NCBI GenBank assembly: GCA_017535325.1
Contig: JAFXUC010000133.1
Span: 33,377-97,376 of the forward strand
Length of the DNA stretch: 64,000 bases
Source of the DNA: Bacteroidales bacterium
GTDB lineage: Bacteria; Bacteroidota; Bacteroidia; Bacteroidales; UBA3824
Direction of reading: 5' to 3'
How positions within the stretch are numbered: the stretch's first letter is position 1; each line of letters begins with the position of its first letter. A model generated the notes under the pieces. That model ran no database searches. It had not been told where the DNA came from and worked only from the letters and a program-made list of their open reading frames with translations. This document shows positions 47,773 through 57,268 of the stretch, piece after piece. A program made the position numbers and the translations under genes.

Positions 47773-47806
47773 TTTTAGGTATTTTGCATACTGGAAATAC
47801 CTAAAA
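47773..47806. promoter_or_regulatory. 12-bp perfect-stem palindrome between fabG and feoAB
   Basis: TTTTAGGTATTT (47773-47784) pairs with AAATACCTAAAA (47795-47806). It could be the fabG terminator or an operator upstream of the feoAB -7 box. Confidence 0.5.
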
Positions 47807-47836
47807 GAGGGTATTGTTTTGTAAAAACTAAACGGC

Positions 47837-47844
47837 TATCTTTG
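47837..47844 (+). promoter_or_regulatory. -7 box TATCTTTG
   Basis: TAnnTTTG, 25 nt upstream of the feoAB ATG. Confidence 0.45.
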
Positions 47845-47869
47845 TCGGAATATAATCTCTAAAAAGAAA

Positions 47870-50278
47870 ATGAATCTTAGCGAAGTCGAAATAGGCGGCG
47901 TTGCAATAATAACCAAAATCATAGGCAGAGGAACGTTCCGCAAGAGAATTATGGAAATGGGCTTTATAAAAGGCAAAAGAGTCCATGTCGTAAAACAGGC
48001 ACCTTTTAACGACCCCGTGGAATATGAAATCATGGGCTATCATGTCTCCCTCAGAAAAAGCGAGGCAAAAATGATAGAGGTTGTTACCATGGAACATATT
48101 TCCAGAGCCGCCTTGGAAGATAAAAACACCAATCTCACCCTTGACGAGGTTATCAAGAGGGAACTCAAAGACCACGGCAACATCATCAACGTGGCTCTTG
48201 TCGGCAATCCGAACTGCGGAAAAACCACCTTTTATAATTACGCTTCGGGCAGCAAGGAGAGAGTCGGAAATTACAGCGGCGTAACCGTTGACGCCAAAAC
48301 CGCAAAGTTTGTCTACAAGGATTATACTTTTAACATCACGGATTTGCCCGGAACGTATTCTCTGACAGCGTATTCGGCGGAGGAAATTTACGTGAGAAAG
48401 TTCATAACCGAGCAGCACCCCGACATCGTTATCAATATGCTTGACGCTTCAAACCTTGAACGGAACATGTTTTTGACCACGCAGTTAATCGACATGGACG
48501 TCAGGGTGGTGGCGGCTCTTAACATGTACGACGAACTTGAAGCCAAAGGCGACAAATTGGATTATGTTTCGCTCGAAAAAATGCTCGGCATACCTTTTAT
48601 CCCCGTTGTCAGCAACAAAGGGAAGGGTTTCGGCGTGCTTTTCGACAGAATTATCCGTATGTTTGAAGACAAGTCCCCGACTTACAGACATATACACATC
48701 AATTACGGCGACGAAATAGAACACGCCGTCAGAAGAGTTCAGGACAAAATTTACCTTCATAACGATAACGAAATTCTGCACATCCTGCCGTCGCGTTTTA
48801 TGGCGTTGAAACTGTTGGAAAAAGACGCTGAAATCGAAAAGTTTGTCAGTCAGAACACCGTTAACATCCGACATGAGCATCAGAAACAAAACGTTACCCA
48901 CGTTGACAATCCTTCCTGCATTATTGAGCAGGCAAAAGAAGAAATCAAAAAACTTGAAAATATTTACGATGCTGACACTGAAAGCGTTATCACCGACCGC
49001 CGTTACGGTTTTATAGGCGGCGCGTTGAAGGAGACTTTCAAAAGCGGCGGCGTTAACACGCGGAAAAAAACCGAAAAAATCGATTACGTTGTAACGCACC
49101 GGATTTGGGGATTCCCGGTGTTTTTGGCGGTGATTTTCTTGATGTTTGAGGCGACTTTTATTCTCGGACAGTATCCGATGGACTGGATAGAGGCGTTTGT
49201 GGAATGGCTCGGCGGCTTTGTCGGTGAAAAAATGCCTGAGGGAATGTTAAAAGATTTAATCATTGACGGCATTATCGGCGGTGTTGGCGGCGTGATTGTT
49301 TTTCTGCCTAACATCGTGATTCTCTTTATGTTTATTTCGCTGATGGAAGATTCCGGCTATATGGCGAGGGTTGCTTTTATAACGGACAAAATAATGCACA
49401 AAATAGGGCTTCACGGCAAATCGTTTATTCCGCTGATAATGGGTTTCGGCTGCAACGTTCCGGCTGTCATGGCGACAAGAACGCTTGAAAACCGCAGCGA
49501 CAGGCTTTTGACGATGATGATTTGTCCTTATATGAGTTGTTCGGCGCGGCTGCCGCTTTATACGGTTATGACGGCGGCGTTTTTTGCTACAAATCAGGCT
49601 CTTATAACAACCTCGGTTTATGCTCTCGGAATTTTGACGGCTGCTTTTACGGCAATTCTGCTGCGTAAGACTGCCTTTAAGAGTCAGGACGCGCCTTTTG
49701 TTATGGAACTTCCGCCGTACAGAATCCCGACCTTGAAAAGCGTCTTGAAACACATGTGGGAAAAAGCGGCTCAGTATCTCAAAAAGATGGGCGGCGTAAT
49801 TCTTATTGCATCGGTAATTATCTGGGCGTTAGGCTATTTCCCCCGTCCGGATAAAGAAACAGATGAATATACCCGTCAGGAAAACAGTTATATCGGCAGA
49901 ATGGGAAAAATGATAGAACCCGTTTTGAAACCTTTGGGTTTTGACTGGCGGCTCGGCATTTCTATTTTTACGGGCGTTGCCGCAAAAGAAATCGTGGTCT
50001 CTACCATGGGCGTTCTCTATCAGTCGGAGGACGGAAACACGCAGTCTCTGTCAGAAAAACTTAAAAACGACAGTAATACGGATTTGCCTTTGACACCGTT
50101 TGCGGCGTTGGGTTTTATGATTTTTGTGCTTGTATATTTCCCGTGCATTGCAACGGCAACGGCTATGATTAAAGAAGCCGGTCAAAAACGCTGGGCGGCA
50201 ATTTCGATTGTTTACAGCGTGGCAATGGCATGGCTGATGGCGTTCTTGGTTAATCAGATAGGGAAGATGTTAGTTTGA
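47870..50278 (+). CDS. feoB: Ferrous iron transporter, FeoA-FeoB fusion
   Basis: 802 aa. N-terminal FeoA SH3-like segment, then the G-domain GNPNCGKTT and polytopic FeoB membrane domains. Confidence 0.9.
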   Translation: MNLSEVEIGGVAIITKIIGRGTFRKRIMEMGFIKGKRVHVVKQAPFNDPVEYEIMGYHVSLRKSEAKMIEVVTMEHISRAALEDKNTNLTLDEVIKRELKDHGNIINVALVGNPNCGKTTFYNYASGSKERVGNYSGVTVDAKTAKFVYKDYTFNITDLPGTYSLTAYSAEEIYVRKFITEQHPDIVINMLDASNLERNMFLTTQLIDMDVRVVAALNMYDELEAKGDKLDYVSLEKMLGIPFIPVVSNKGKGFGVLFDRIIRMFEDKSPTYRHIHINYGDEIEHAVRRVQDKIYLHNDNEILHILPSRFMALKLLEKDAEIEKFVSQNTVNIRHEHQKQNVTHVDNPSCIIEQAKEEIKKLENIYDADTESVITDRRYGFIGGALKETFKSGGVNTRKKTEKIDYVVTHRIWGFPVFLAVIFLMFEATFILGQYPMDWIEAFVEWLGGFVGEKMPEGMLKDLIIDGIIGGVGGVIVFLPNIVILFMFISLMEDSGYMARVAFITDKIMHKIGLHGKSFIPLIMGFGCNVPAVMATRTLENRSDRLLTMMICPYMSCSARLPLYTVMTAAFFATNQALITTSVYALGILTAAFTAILLRKTAFKSQDAPFVMELPPYRIPTLKSVLKHMWEKAAQYLKKMGGVILIASVIIWALGYFPRPDKETDEYTRQENSYIGRMGKMIEPVLKPLGFDWRLGISIFTGVAAKEIVVSTMGVLYQSEDGNTQSLSEKLKNDSNTDLPLTPFAALGFMIFVLVYFPCIATATAMIKEAGQKRWAAISIVYSVAMAWLMAFLVNQIGKMLV

Positions 50279-50292
50279 CATATTTTGTTTTG

Positions 50293-50330
50293 AGCCGGAA
50301 GAAAATTTTGTTTTTTCTTCCGGCTTTTTT
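50293..50330 (+). terminator. Rho-independent terminator of feoAB
   Basis: AGCCGGAAGAAAA-loop-TTTTCTTCCGGCT followed by TTTTT. Confidence 0.85.
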
Positions 50331-50337
50331 ATCTTTG
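50330..50337 (+). promoter_or_regulatory. -7 box TATCTTTG
   Basis: TAnnTTTG, 17 nt upstream of the ATG at 50355. Confidence 0.45.
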
Positions 50338-50354
50338 CGGCAAAACATTGTACC

Positions 50355-51134
50355 ATGAACAGAAGAGACTTCTTAAAAAAATCGGCTTTGGTGACAGCAG
50401 GAGCAGCCGTTGCCGCGCCTGTTACGGCAGTGCTGAAAACAGCGGAATCAGCAGGTCTTGTTGATTCGGAACAAACAGAAATTCAACAAGTTATTAAAAA
50501 AGACGGCAAAATGAAAGTTTTATTAATCAACGGCAGTCCGAGGCACAACGGCAACACTTTTGCCTCTCTTAGCGAGGCCTCGAAACAACTTCAAAAATAC
50601 GGCATAGAGACCGAAATTTTTCAAATCGGCATAAAACCCGTGCGCTTTTGTCTCAACTGCGGCGGCTGTCGTAAGGAAAATAGCGGCAAATGCGTTTATG
50701 ATGACGATGTCTGCAACGAAATCATCGCTAAAATTCAGTCTTCTGACGCGCTGATTGTAGGTGCGCCGGTTTATTACGGACAACCTAACGGCGGGCTTTT
50801 GTCTGTTATGCAGAGAGTGTTTTATGCGGGAGGAAGGTTTGTTCAGAACAAACCGGCTGCGGCGGTTGCGGTTTGCAGGCGCGGCGGTGCGACGGCGGCG
50901 TTTCAGTCTATGAATATGATGTTTCAGATGATGAATATGCCGGTTGTAACCTCTCAGTATTGGAATATCGTTTACGGAGCATCCAAAGGCGAGGCTCAAC
51001 TCGATGACGAGGGTATGCAGACTATGCGGACGCTTGCCTCAAACATGGCATGGCTGCTTAAAAAAATTCATGACTCCGGCAGCGAGGACTATCCTCAAAG
51101 AGAGCCGTGGAAAATGACGAATTTTATCAGGTAA
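50355..51134 (+). CDS. Tat-signal-bearing flavodoxin-fold / iron-sulfur-flavoprotein-like (NADPH-dependent FMN reductase family) protein
   Basis: Twin-arginine motif MNRRDFLKKSAL..., then KVLLINGSPRHNGNT and the Cys cluster CLNCGGCRKENSGKC. Confidence 0.75.
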   Translation: MNRRDFLKKSALVTAGAAVAAPVTAVLKTAESAGLVDSEQTEIQQVIKKDGKMKVLLINGSPRHNGNTFASLSEASKQLQKYGIETEIFQIGIKPVRFCLNCGGCRKENSGKCVYDDDVCNEIIAKIQSSDALIVGAPVYYGQPNGGLLSVMQRVFYAGGRFVQNKPAAAVAVCRRGGATAAFQSMNMMFQMMNMPVVTSQYWNIVYGASKGEAQLDDEGMQTMRTLASNMAWLLKKIHDSGSEDYPQREPWKMTNFIR

Positions 51135-51138
51135 AACC

Positions 51139-52584
51139 TCATTCTTTAAACAAATCGTCCGCAGTGATGCATTTTTGAATGTGTCCGCTGTATTCGTTTT
51201 TTTGCAGACCGAAAGTTGTTATGACTGTAAGGTGCGGATTTTTGCGGACTTTGAGTTTCTCGGTAAAAATCTGAACTTTGCGGCGGAGTTTCATGTCGTA
51301 GTCCCTGTCAATTGAAAATTCGCCGCTTGAAAACTTCATTTCGCAGATATTGACGACCCGGTCGTCGCGGTCGATAACCATGTCGATTTGTACGCCGTTT
51401 TCGCCTGAGTTGCGCCACGGCATTATGTTGGTGTTGACACCGCTGATTCCGAGTGCGCGTTTTATCTGCTCCTGATGAACGAAACACACCTGCTCAAAAG
51501 CGAGACCGCGCCAAGCGTTGAGTTGCGGCGAATTTAAATTGTCCGCCCAGAACGTCGGACTGTTAACCTTATGAAACTCGCTGAAATACAGATAAAACAG
51601 CGAAAACAAATCCGAAAGTTTATAATACACCTCGCGTTTTGAGCCGCCGAAATCCGTGTACTGAATTATAAAATTGCTTGCTTGAAGTCCGCGTAAAATT
51701 TCTGTCAGTCCGCCGCCTGAATTTAACGAAAGACTTTCGGCTATTTCTTTGCGGGTCATGCCGCCGCGTTTTGAGCCGAGGATTTTTACGACGGAAATAT
51801 ATTTCTGAGAATCAACGAACAAAGAGCCGTAAAGCCGCTCAAACTCGCCTGTAAGTTTTCCGTCAGTCTTAAAAAACAGATTGTCAACGTTTTGCGCAAG
51901 GCTCAGCCCTTTCTGAAAATATGACATATAATAAGGTATTCCACCGGTTATCATGTATGCCTGCAACTGGTCGTAACAATCGAGCGAAAGTCCTTTTCTC
52001 TGGTAATATTTTTCGCACTCATAAAGCGTGAAAGGCACAATCTGCATTTCGCAGGTAGAGCGTCCGTACAGACCGCCGGTGTTGTTGAGAAGTTTGTTTG
52101 AAATCCATGAAGTCGCCGAGCCGCAGACAATCAGAAACAGGTTGTGCCGTCCCGCGCCCCAGCCGTTCCAAAAGTTTTCAAAAGCGGTTACAAAACCTGA
52201 GCGCGGCGTGTCAAGCCACGGCAGTTCGTCTATGAAAACCGTCAGCCGTTTGCGTTTTGACTGTCTCATAAGCAGTTCTTTAAGACGGTCGAAAGCCTCG
52301 AACCAGTCTTCGGGTACGCCTGCGCTCATACTTCCGTAAGACCTCAGGGTTTCGCCAAACCTGCGGAGTTGCTGTTTCGCCAAAAGTTCGTTGTTGTCTG
52401 CCATTTCAAACGGCGAAAGCGCGGTGTGGAAAAACGTAAATTTTTCCTCAAAATATTCACGTATTAAAAAAGTTTTACCGCTTCTTCGGCGTCCGTAAAC
52501 AACAAGAAATTCGGCTGTTTCAGAATCATACAATTCTTGTAACTTATTCTGTTCCTGTTCTCTGCCTATAATCAAGTTTCTCAT
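51139..52584 (-). CDS. Orphan ATPase (Arch_ATPase/AAA + DUF234-like C-terminus)
   Basis: MRNLIIGREQEQNKL...VVYGRRRSGKTFL has a Walker A motif, and FIDELPWLD is Walker-B-like. The ATG at 52584 is preferred, because the longer track ORF reads through the upstream palindromic repeats. Confidence 0.8.
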   Translation of the reverse strand: MRNLIIGREQEQNKLQELYDSETAEFLVVYGRRRSGKTFLIREYFEEKFTFFHTALSPFEMADNNELLAKQQLRRFGETLRSYGSMSAGVPEDWFEAFDRLKELLMRQSKRKRLTVFIDELPWLDTPRSGFVTAFENFWNGWGAGRHNLFLIVCGSATSWISNKLLNNTGGLYGRSTCEMQIVPFTLYECEKYYQRKGLSLDCYDQLQAYMITGGIPYYMSYFQKGLSLAQNVDNLFFKTDGKLTGEFERLYGSLFVDSQKYISVVKILGSKRGGMTRKEIAESLSLNSGGGLTEILRGLQASNFIIQYTDFGGSKREVYYKLSDLFSLFYLYFSEFHKVNSPTFWADNLNSPQLNAWRGLAFEQVCFVHQEQIKRALGISGVNTNIMPWRNSGENGVQIDMVIDRDDRVVNICEMKFSSGEFSIDRDYDMKLRRKVQIFTEKLKVRKNPHLTVITTFGLQKNEYSGHIQKCITADDLFKE

Positions 52585-52591
52585 AATGCCC

Positions 52592-52699
52592 AAAATTATT
52601 CCGCCACGAAGATATAAAAAATATTGTTCGCGGCGAAATAATTTTAAAATTATTCCGCCGCGAAAGCAATTTTTTTTTGTTTCACGGCGGAATAATTTT
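52592..52699. repeat. Two tandem copies (period 54 bp) of a ~54-nt palindromic element related to those at 45839-45984
   Basis: AAAATTATTCCGCCRCGAA...TTCRCGGCGRAATAATTTT at 52592-52645 and 52646-52699. Confidence 0.85.
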
Positions 52700-52925
52700 T
52701 TTGTGCATTGCATAAAATCCGTTCATAATCTTTAATAATTGTGCAGAATCCAAAAAATTTTCTCCTCCAACAGTCTGAAAATCAGTCATTATTAAAAAAA
52801 GTTAAAAAATAAACAAAATGAATTTTGGAAGTTTGAAAAAAAATACGTACTTTGGCGTTTTGAAAAGGCACTATATTATAAAAATTTACTTTTTGTAAAT
52901 AATAATTAACTTATTCTTTGAGAAA

Positions 52926-55900
52926 ATGGCATCAATAGAACAAACTCCCGATTTTGTGTTTGAAACAAGTTGGGAAGTCTGCAACAAAGTGGGCGGCATT
53001 CATACGGTCGTTTCTACAAAAGCGCAGACATTGAAGGCCAAATTCGGAGACAACCTCGTTATGTTGGGTCCCGATATTTGGCACAACGCGGAGGATAATC
53101 CCGAATTTATCGAAGACAAAACCCTGTTTTCGGACTGGGCGCGTGTCATCAACCGTACCGACACCCGCGTCAGAATCGGAAGATGGAAAATCATCGGCGA
53201 ACCTATCGTGATTCTCGTCGATTATTCACAAAACATCTCCAAAAAGGACAAAATCTTCGCGGAGTTTTGGGAAACTTACAAACTCGATTCTATCTCCGGC
53301 GACTGGGGCTATATCGAACCCGTTATCTTCGGTTACAGCGCGGGAAAGGTTATTGAAAGTTTCTGTCAATACAACCTTAAACCCGAAAACCGCGTAGTGG
53401 CTCATTTCCACGAATGGATGACAGGTGCTGGTATTCTCTACATCGAAAAATACGCGCCAGAAATAGCAACCGTCTTCACCACGCACGCTACCGCAATCGG
53501 CAGAAGCATTGCCGGCAACGGTCAGCCTTTGTACGGTCCTATCAACTCTTACGACGGCGACACAAAGGCACGCGAGTTCAACATGGTGGCAAAACAGAGT
53601 TGCGAAAAACTGTCGGCACTCAACGCAGACGCTTACACGACTGTTTCTGAAATCACCGCTATCGAGTGCAAACAGTTTACTTACAGAAATGTGGACGTTG
53701 TTACGCCCAACGGTTTTGAAGACGACTTTGTGCCAAAAGGCAGCGTTTACAACACAAAACGCGCAGCCGCAAGAAAAACAATGCTTAACGTGGCTTCAAA
53801 ACTTTTCGGCGAACAATTCTCTGATGATACAGTAATTCTCGGAACATCAGGACGTTACGAATACAGAAACAAAGGTATTGACGTTTTCCTTGATGCTTTG
53901 AAAAAAATCGTTGAACTCGGCGAATGTAAGAAAAACATTTTAGCGTTTGTTACCGTTCCCGCCAACAATTACGGCGCAAGGCAGGACCTCAAAGCCGTGC
54001 TTGAAGGTAAAGCCGAAAGCGTTACCAACGACCAGTATTCGCGTTACTTGACCCACGGACTTCACTATGTGGAATACGACGCTGTTTGCAACCGTGCAAT
54101 CAGTCTTGGTCTCGACAACGCAAAAGGCAGCAAGGTAAAACTTATTTTCGTCCCCTCTTATTTAAAAGGTGATGACGGAATTTTCAATATGCAGTATTAC
54201 GACCTCTTGGTCGGCATGGACATAACGGCTTTCCCCTCGTATTACGAGCCCTGGGGTTATACGCCGCTCGAAAGTATCGCTTTCTCTGTCCCGACAATTA
54301 CAACCGACCTCGCAGGTTTCGGAAAATACACCGAAAGCCTTTTACCCAAAGGTACAAAACCCGTTACGGTGCTTCACCGCAACGACGACAACTACAACGA
54401 CGTTGTCTACAACCTTGCAAAGGCGGTTATCGGTTATGCGTCGCTCTCAAAAGCCGACATGGACAAGACAAGAAAGGCGGCTTACGAACTCTCTCAGCAG
54501 TTTTTGTGGAAAAACCTCACAAAATACTATTTAAAGGCATATTCAATCGCTTTGGACAGAACGGTAAAACGTTTTGAAGAGGCGGACTTTTCAAAATATT
54601 CACACGAATCGTTTAACATAAAAGAAATAAAAGTGAACAACCCTATTTGGAGAAACATTCAGGTTCACCCGAACCTGTCAGGAAAATTCAAAGGCTTGGA
54701 AGAAATGTCCTACAACCTTTGGTGGTGTTGGAATTACGAAGCCGAAGAAATGTGGCAGACCATCGGCGAAGACGGTCTTTGGGAAAAATCAGGTAAAAAC
54801 CCCGTTGCATTGCTCCGTCAGGTAGACCTCAACCGCTTGTCGGAATTGGAAAACGACAAGGATTTTATCGCAAAATACGAACAAGTATACGCTGATTTCC
54901 AGGCGTACATGGCTGAAAAGAAAAATGCAAAAGGTCCTTCCGTAGCATACTTCTGTATGGAATACGGTATCCACGACTCTTTGAAAATCTTCTCAGGCGG
55001 TCTTGGTATTTTGGCGGGCGACTATTTGAAAGAGGCGTCTGACTCCAACGTTGACATGGTGGCTGTCGGTCTTCTTTACCGTTACGGATATTTCCGTCAG
55101 AAGATTTCTGTCTGGGGCGACCAAATCGCGGAAGACGTTCCCCAGGATTTCAGATATTTGCCGATAACAGCCGTTAAAGATCCTGAAAGCGGCAATCAGA
55201 TGACCATTCAGGTGGCATTCCCCGGCAGAAAACTTACGGCTCAGGTTTGGAAGGCTCAGGTCGGCAGAATTGAGTTGTATCTTCTTGATACTGACTTTGA
55301 CGCCAACTGGGAGCAGGACCGCTGGGTAACGCATCACCTCTACGGCGGCGACAGAGAAAACCGTTTGAAACAGGAAATGTTGCTTGGTGTCGGCGGTATC
55401 AGAGCCCTGAGAAAAATGGGCATTACAAAGCAGATTTATCACATGAACGAAGGTCATGCCGCTTTGATGGGTATCGAGCGTTTGAACAACCTCATTCAGG
55501 AAAACAATTTCACTCTCAACGAGGCTTTGGAAATCGTCCGCGCTTCAACGCTTTACACAACTCACACGCCCGTTCCGGCAGGACACGACGCTTTCCCGGA
55601 GGATATGATTTTGACGTACATGGGACACTATCCCGACAGACTTCATATTTCTTGGAAAGAGTTCCTCGCACTCGGCAAAAACAACGTTGACGACAGAGGT
55701 CAGGAGTTCAACTTCTCGTATCTGGCTTGTCAGTTGTCGCAGGAGGTTAACGGAGTCTCAATGCTTCACGGCGAAGTTACCAAAAAGATGTTCAATTACA
55801 TGTGGAGCGGTTACTATCCGGAAGAACTTAACATCGGTTACGTTACCAACGGCGTTCACTATCCGACTTGGGCGGCAAAAGAATGGCAGCAGTTCTATCA

Positions 55901-57182
55901 GAAGACTTTTGACCCGAAATTCTTGAAAGACCAGTCAAACGAAAGTTACTGGAACGCAATTCAGAATGTTGACGATGCCAAAATCTGGGAAATGCGCCAG
56001 CAGAAACGCAAAGAACTTATTGACTACATCAAAGACAAGATGGCTCGTGATTACCAGAAACGCGGTGAGGATCCCTCGTCTATGGTTAAGATAAAGAACG
56101 CATTGAATCCCAATACGTTGACTATCGGTTTTGCACGCCGTTTTGCAACTTACAAACGCGGTAATCTGCTTATGACAAACTTAGACATTCTTTCTAAGAT
56201 TGTCAACGACCCCGTAAGACCGGTGCAGTTTATTTTCGCAGGAAAGGCTCACCCTGCTGACGGCGGCGGACAAGGCATTATCAAACAGATTGTCGAGATT
56301 TCAAAACGTCCTGAATTTGTAGGCAAAATCCTCTTCCTTGAAGATTACGACATCTCGCTTGCAAAACGTTTGGTTTCGGGCGTTGACATTTGGATGAACA
56401 CTCCGACCCGTCCGTTGGAGGCTTCGGGTACTTCGGGAATGAAAGCCGTTATGAACGGTGCAATTCACTATTCAGTGCTTGACGGCTGGTGGGTTGAAGG
56501 TTACCGTCCCGACGGCGGCTGGTGTCTGCCTCAGGAAAGGTCTTACCAGAATCAGGATTTCCAAAACCAGTTGGATGCCGCTACGATTTACCGTACGATT
56601 ATCGAGGACATCTGCCCGAAATTCTACACGAGAAACGAAAAAGGCGTTCCTGAGCAGTGGGTCAGCGTTATCAAAAATTCAATCGGCCACATCGCTCCGA
56701 ACTTCACGATGAAACGCCAACTCGACGACTACTACGAGCGTTATTACAACAAACTCGCGGTAACGGGCGCAAAAGTCAGCGCGGACAATTACAAAGTTGC
56801 GCTTGACCTTTCGACTTGGAAACACAAAGTTATTCAGGGCTGGGACAAAATCAATATTGAAAAAGTTTCGTTCCACAACATCGTCAAAGACCCGCTCTTT
56901 ATGGGTGAGGAATATTTCGGCGAGGTTGTAGTGGATTTGGGCGAATTGAAGGCTCAGGATATTGCCGTTGAAATGGTTATGACGGAGGTTAGTCAGGACG
57001 GAAGTTCAAAACTCCTTTCGGCAACACCGTTGAAACTCCAAAAAGAAGCCGGCAGATTTGCTCATTACAGCATTGATCTCCGTCCCGAAAAACCGGGCAA
57101 CTTCAACTACGGTTTCCGTCTTTACCCGACTAACCCGAATCTTGTTCACAGAACGGATTTCGCGTTGGTAAAATGGTTGTAG
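52926..57182 (+). CDS. Fusion protein: GT3-type glycogen synthase (N-terminal ~560 aa) + GT35 alpha-glucan phosphorylase (C-terminal ~850 aa)
   Basis: N-terminus FETSWEVCNKVGGIHTVV is eukaryote-type glycogen synthase. The C-terminal half has YFCMEYG..LKIFSGGLGILAGD and the PLP-lysine block EASGTSGMK. It is a single uninterrupted 1418-codon ORF. Confidence 0.85.
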   Translation: MASIEQTPDFVFETSWEVCNKVGGIHTVVSTKAQTLKAKFGDNLVMLGPDIWHNAEDNPEFIEDKTLFSDWARVINRTDTRVRIGRWKIIGEPIVILVDYSQNISKKDKIFAEFWETYKLDSISGDWGYIEPVIFGYSAGKVIESFCQYNLKPENRVVAHFHEWMTGAGILYIEKYAPEIATVFTTHATAIGRSIAGNGQPLYGPINSYDGDTKAREFNMVAKQSCEKLSALNADAYTTVSEITAIECKQFTYRNVDVVTPNGFEDDFVPKGSVYNTKRAAARKTMLNVASKLFGEQFSDDTVILGTSGRYEYRNKGIDVFLDALKKIVELGECKKNILAFVTVPANNYGARQDLKAVLEGKAESVTNDQYSRYLTHGLHYVEYDAVCNRAISLGLDNAKGSKVKLIFVPSYLKGDDGIFNMQYYDLLVGMDITAFPSYYEPWGYTPLESIAFSVPTITTDLAGFGKYTESLLPKGTKPVTVLHRNDDNYNDVVYNLAKAVIGYASLSKADMDKTRKAAYELSQQFLWKNLTKYYLKAYSIALDRTVKRFEEADFSKYSHESFNIKEIKVNNPIWRNIQVHPNLSGKFKGLEEMSYNLWWCWNYEAEEMWQTIGEDGLWEKSGKNPVALLRQVDLNRLSELENDKDFIAKYEQVYADFQAYMAEKKNAKGPSVAYFCMEYGIHDSLKIFSGGLGILAGDYLKEASDSNVDMVAVGLLYRYGYFRQKISVWGDQIAEDVPQDFRYLPITAVKDPESGNQMTIQVAFPGRKLTAQVWKAQVGRIELYLLDTDFDANWEQDRWVTHHLYGGDRENRLKQEMLLGVGGIRALRKMGITKQIYHMNEGHAALMGIERLNNLIQENNFTLNEALEIVRASTLYTTHTPVPAGHDAFPEDMILTYMGHYPDRLHISWKEFLALGKNNVDDRGQEFNFSYLACQLSQEVNGVSMLHGEVTKKMFNYMWSGYYPEELNIGYVTNGVHYPTWAAKEWQQFYQKTFDPKFLKDQSNESYWNAIQNVDDAKIWEMRQQKRKELIDYIKDKMARDYQKRGEDPSSMVKIKNALNPNTLTIGFARRFATYKRGNLLMTNLDILSKIVNDPVRPVQFIFAGKAHPADGGGQGIIKQIVEISKRPEFVGKILFLEDYDISLAKRLVSGVDIWMNTPTRPLEASGTSGMKAVMNGAIHYSVLDGWWVEGYRPDGGWCLPQERSYQNQDFQNQLDAATIYRTIIEDICPKFYTRNEKGVPEQWVSVIKNSIGHIAPNFTMKRQLDDYYERYYNKLAVTGAKVSADNYKVALDLSTWKHKVIQGWDKINIEKVSFHNIVKDPLFMGEEYFGEVVVDLGELKAQDIAVEMVMTEVSQDGSSKLLSATPLKLQKEAGRFAHYSIDLRPEKPGNFNYGFRLYPTNPNLVHRTDFALVKWL

Positions 57183-57213
57183 AAAAAAGTTTTTTTAAGA
57201 AAACTGTAAAAAT

Positions 57214-57248
57214 AAAAACTGCGCTTGTTTTTCAGGCGCAGTTTTTTT
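57214..57248 (+). terminator. Rho-independent terminator
   Basis: AAAAACTGCGC-loop-GCGCAGTTTTTTT. Confidence 0.8.
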
Positions 57249-57250
57249 AT

Positions 57251-57258
57251 TAATTTTG
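57251..57258 (+). promoter_or_regulatory. -7 box TAATTTTG
   Basis: TAnnTTTG, 10 nt upstream of the folK ATG. Confidence 0.4.
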
Positions 57259-57268
57259 CAGCAAAAAA

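Noticed and set aside
47828-49099. Minus-strand ORFs of 196 and 204 aa, and a 194-aa ORF at 62586-63170.
   Set aside because: They are antisense to feoAB and panC respectively and have no motifs. They are shadow ORFs.
52585-52713. An N-terminal extension of the ATPase ORF (MQCTKK...RGGIILGI).
   Set aside because: The extension is a translation of the two palindromic repeat units, which explains the duplicated RGGIIL. The family-typical N-terminus MRNLIIGREQE starts at the ATG at 52584.
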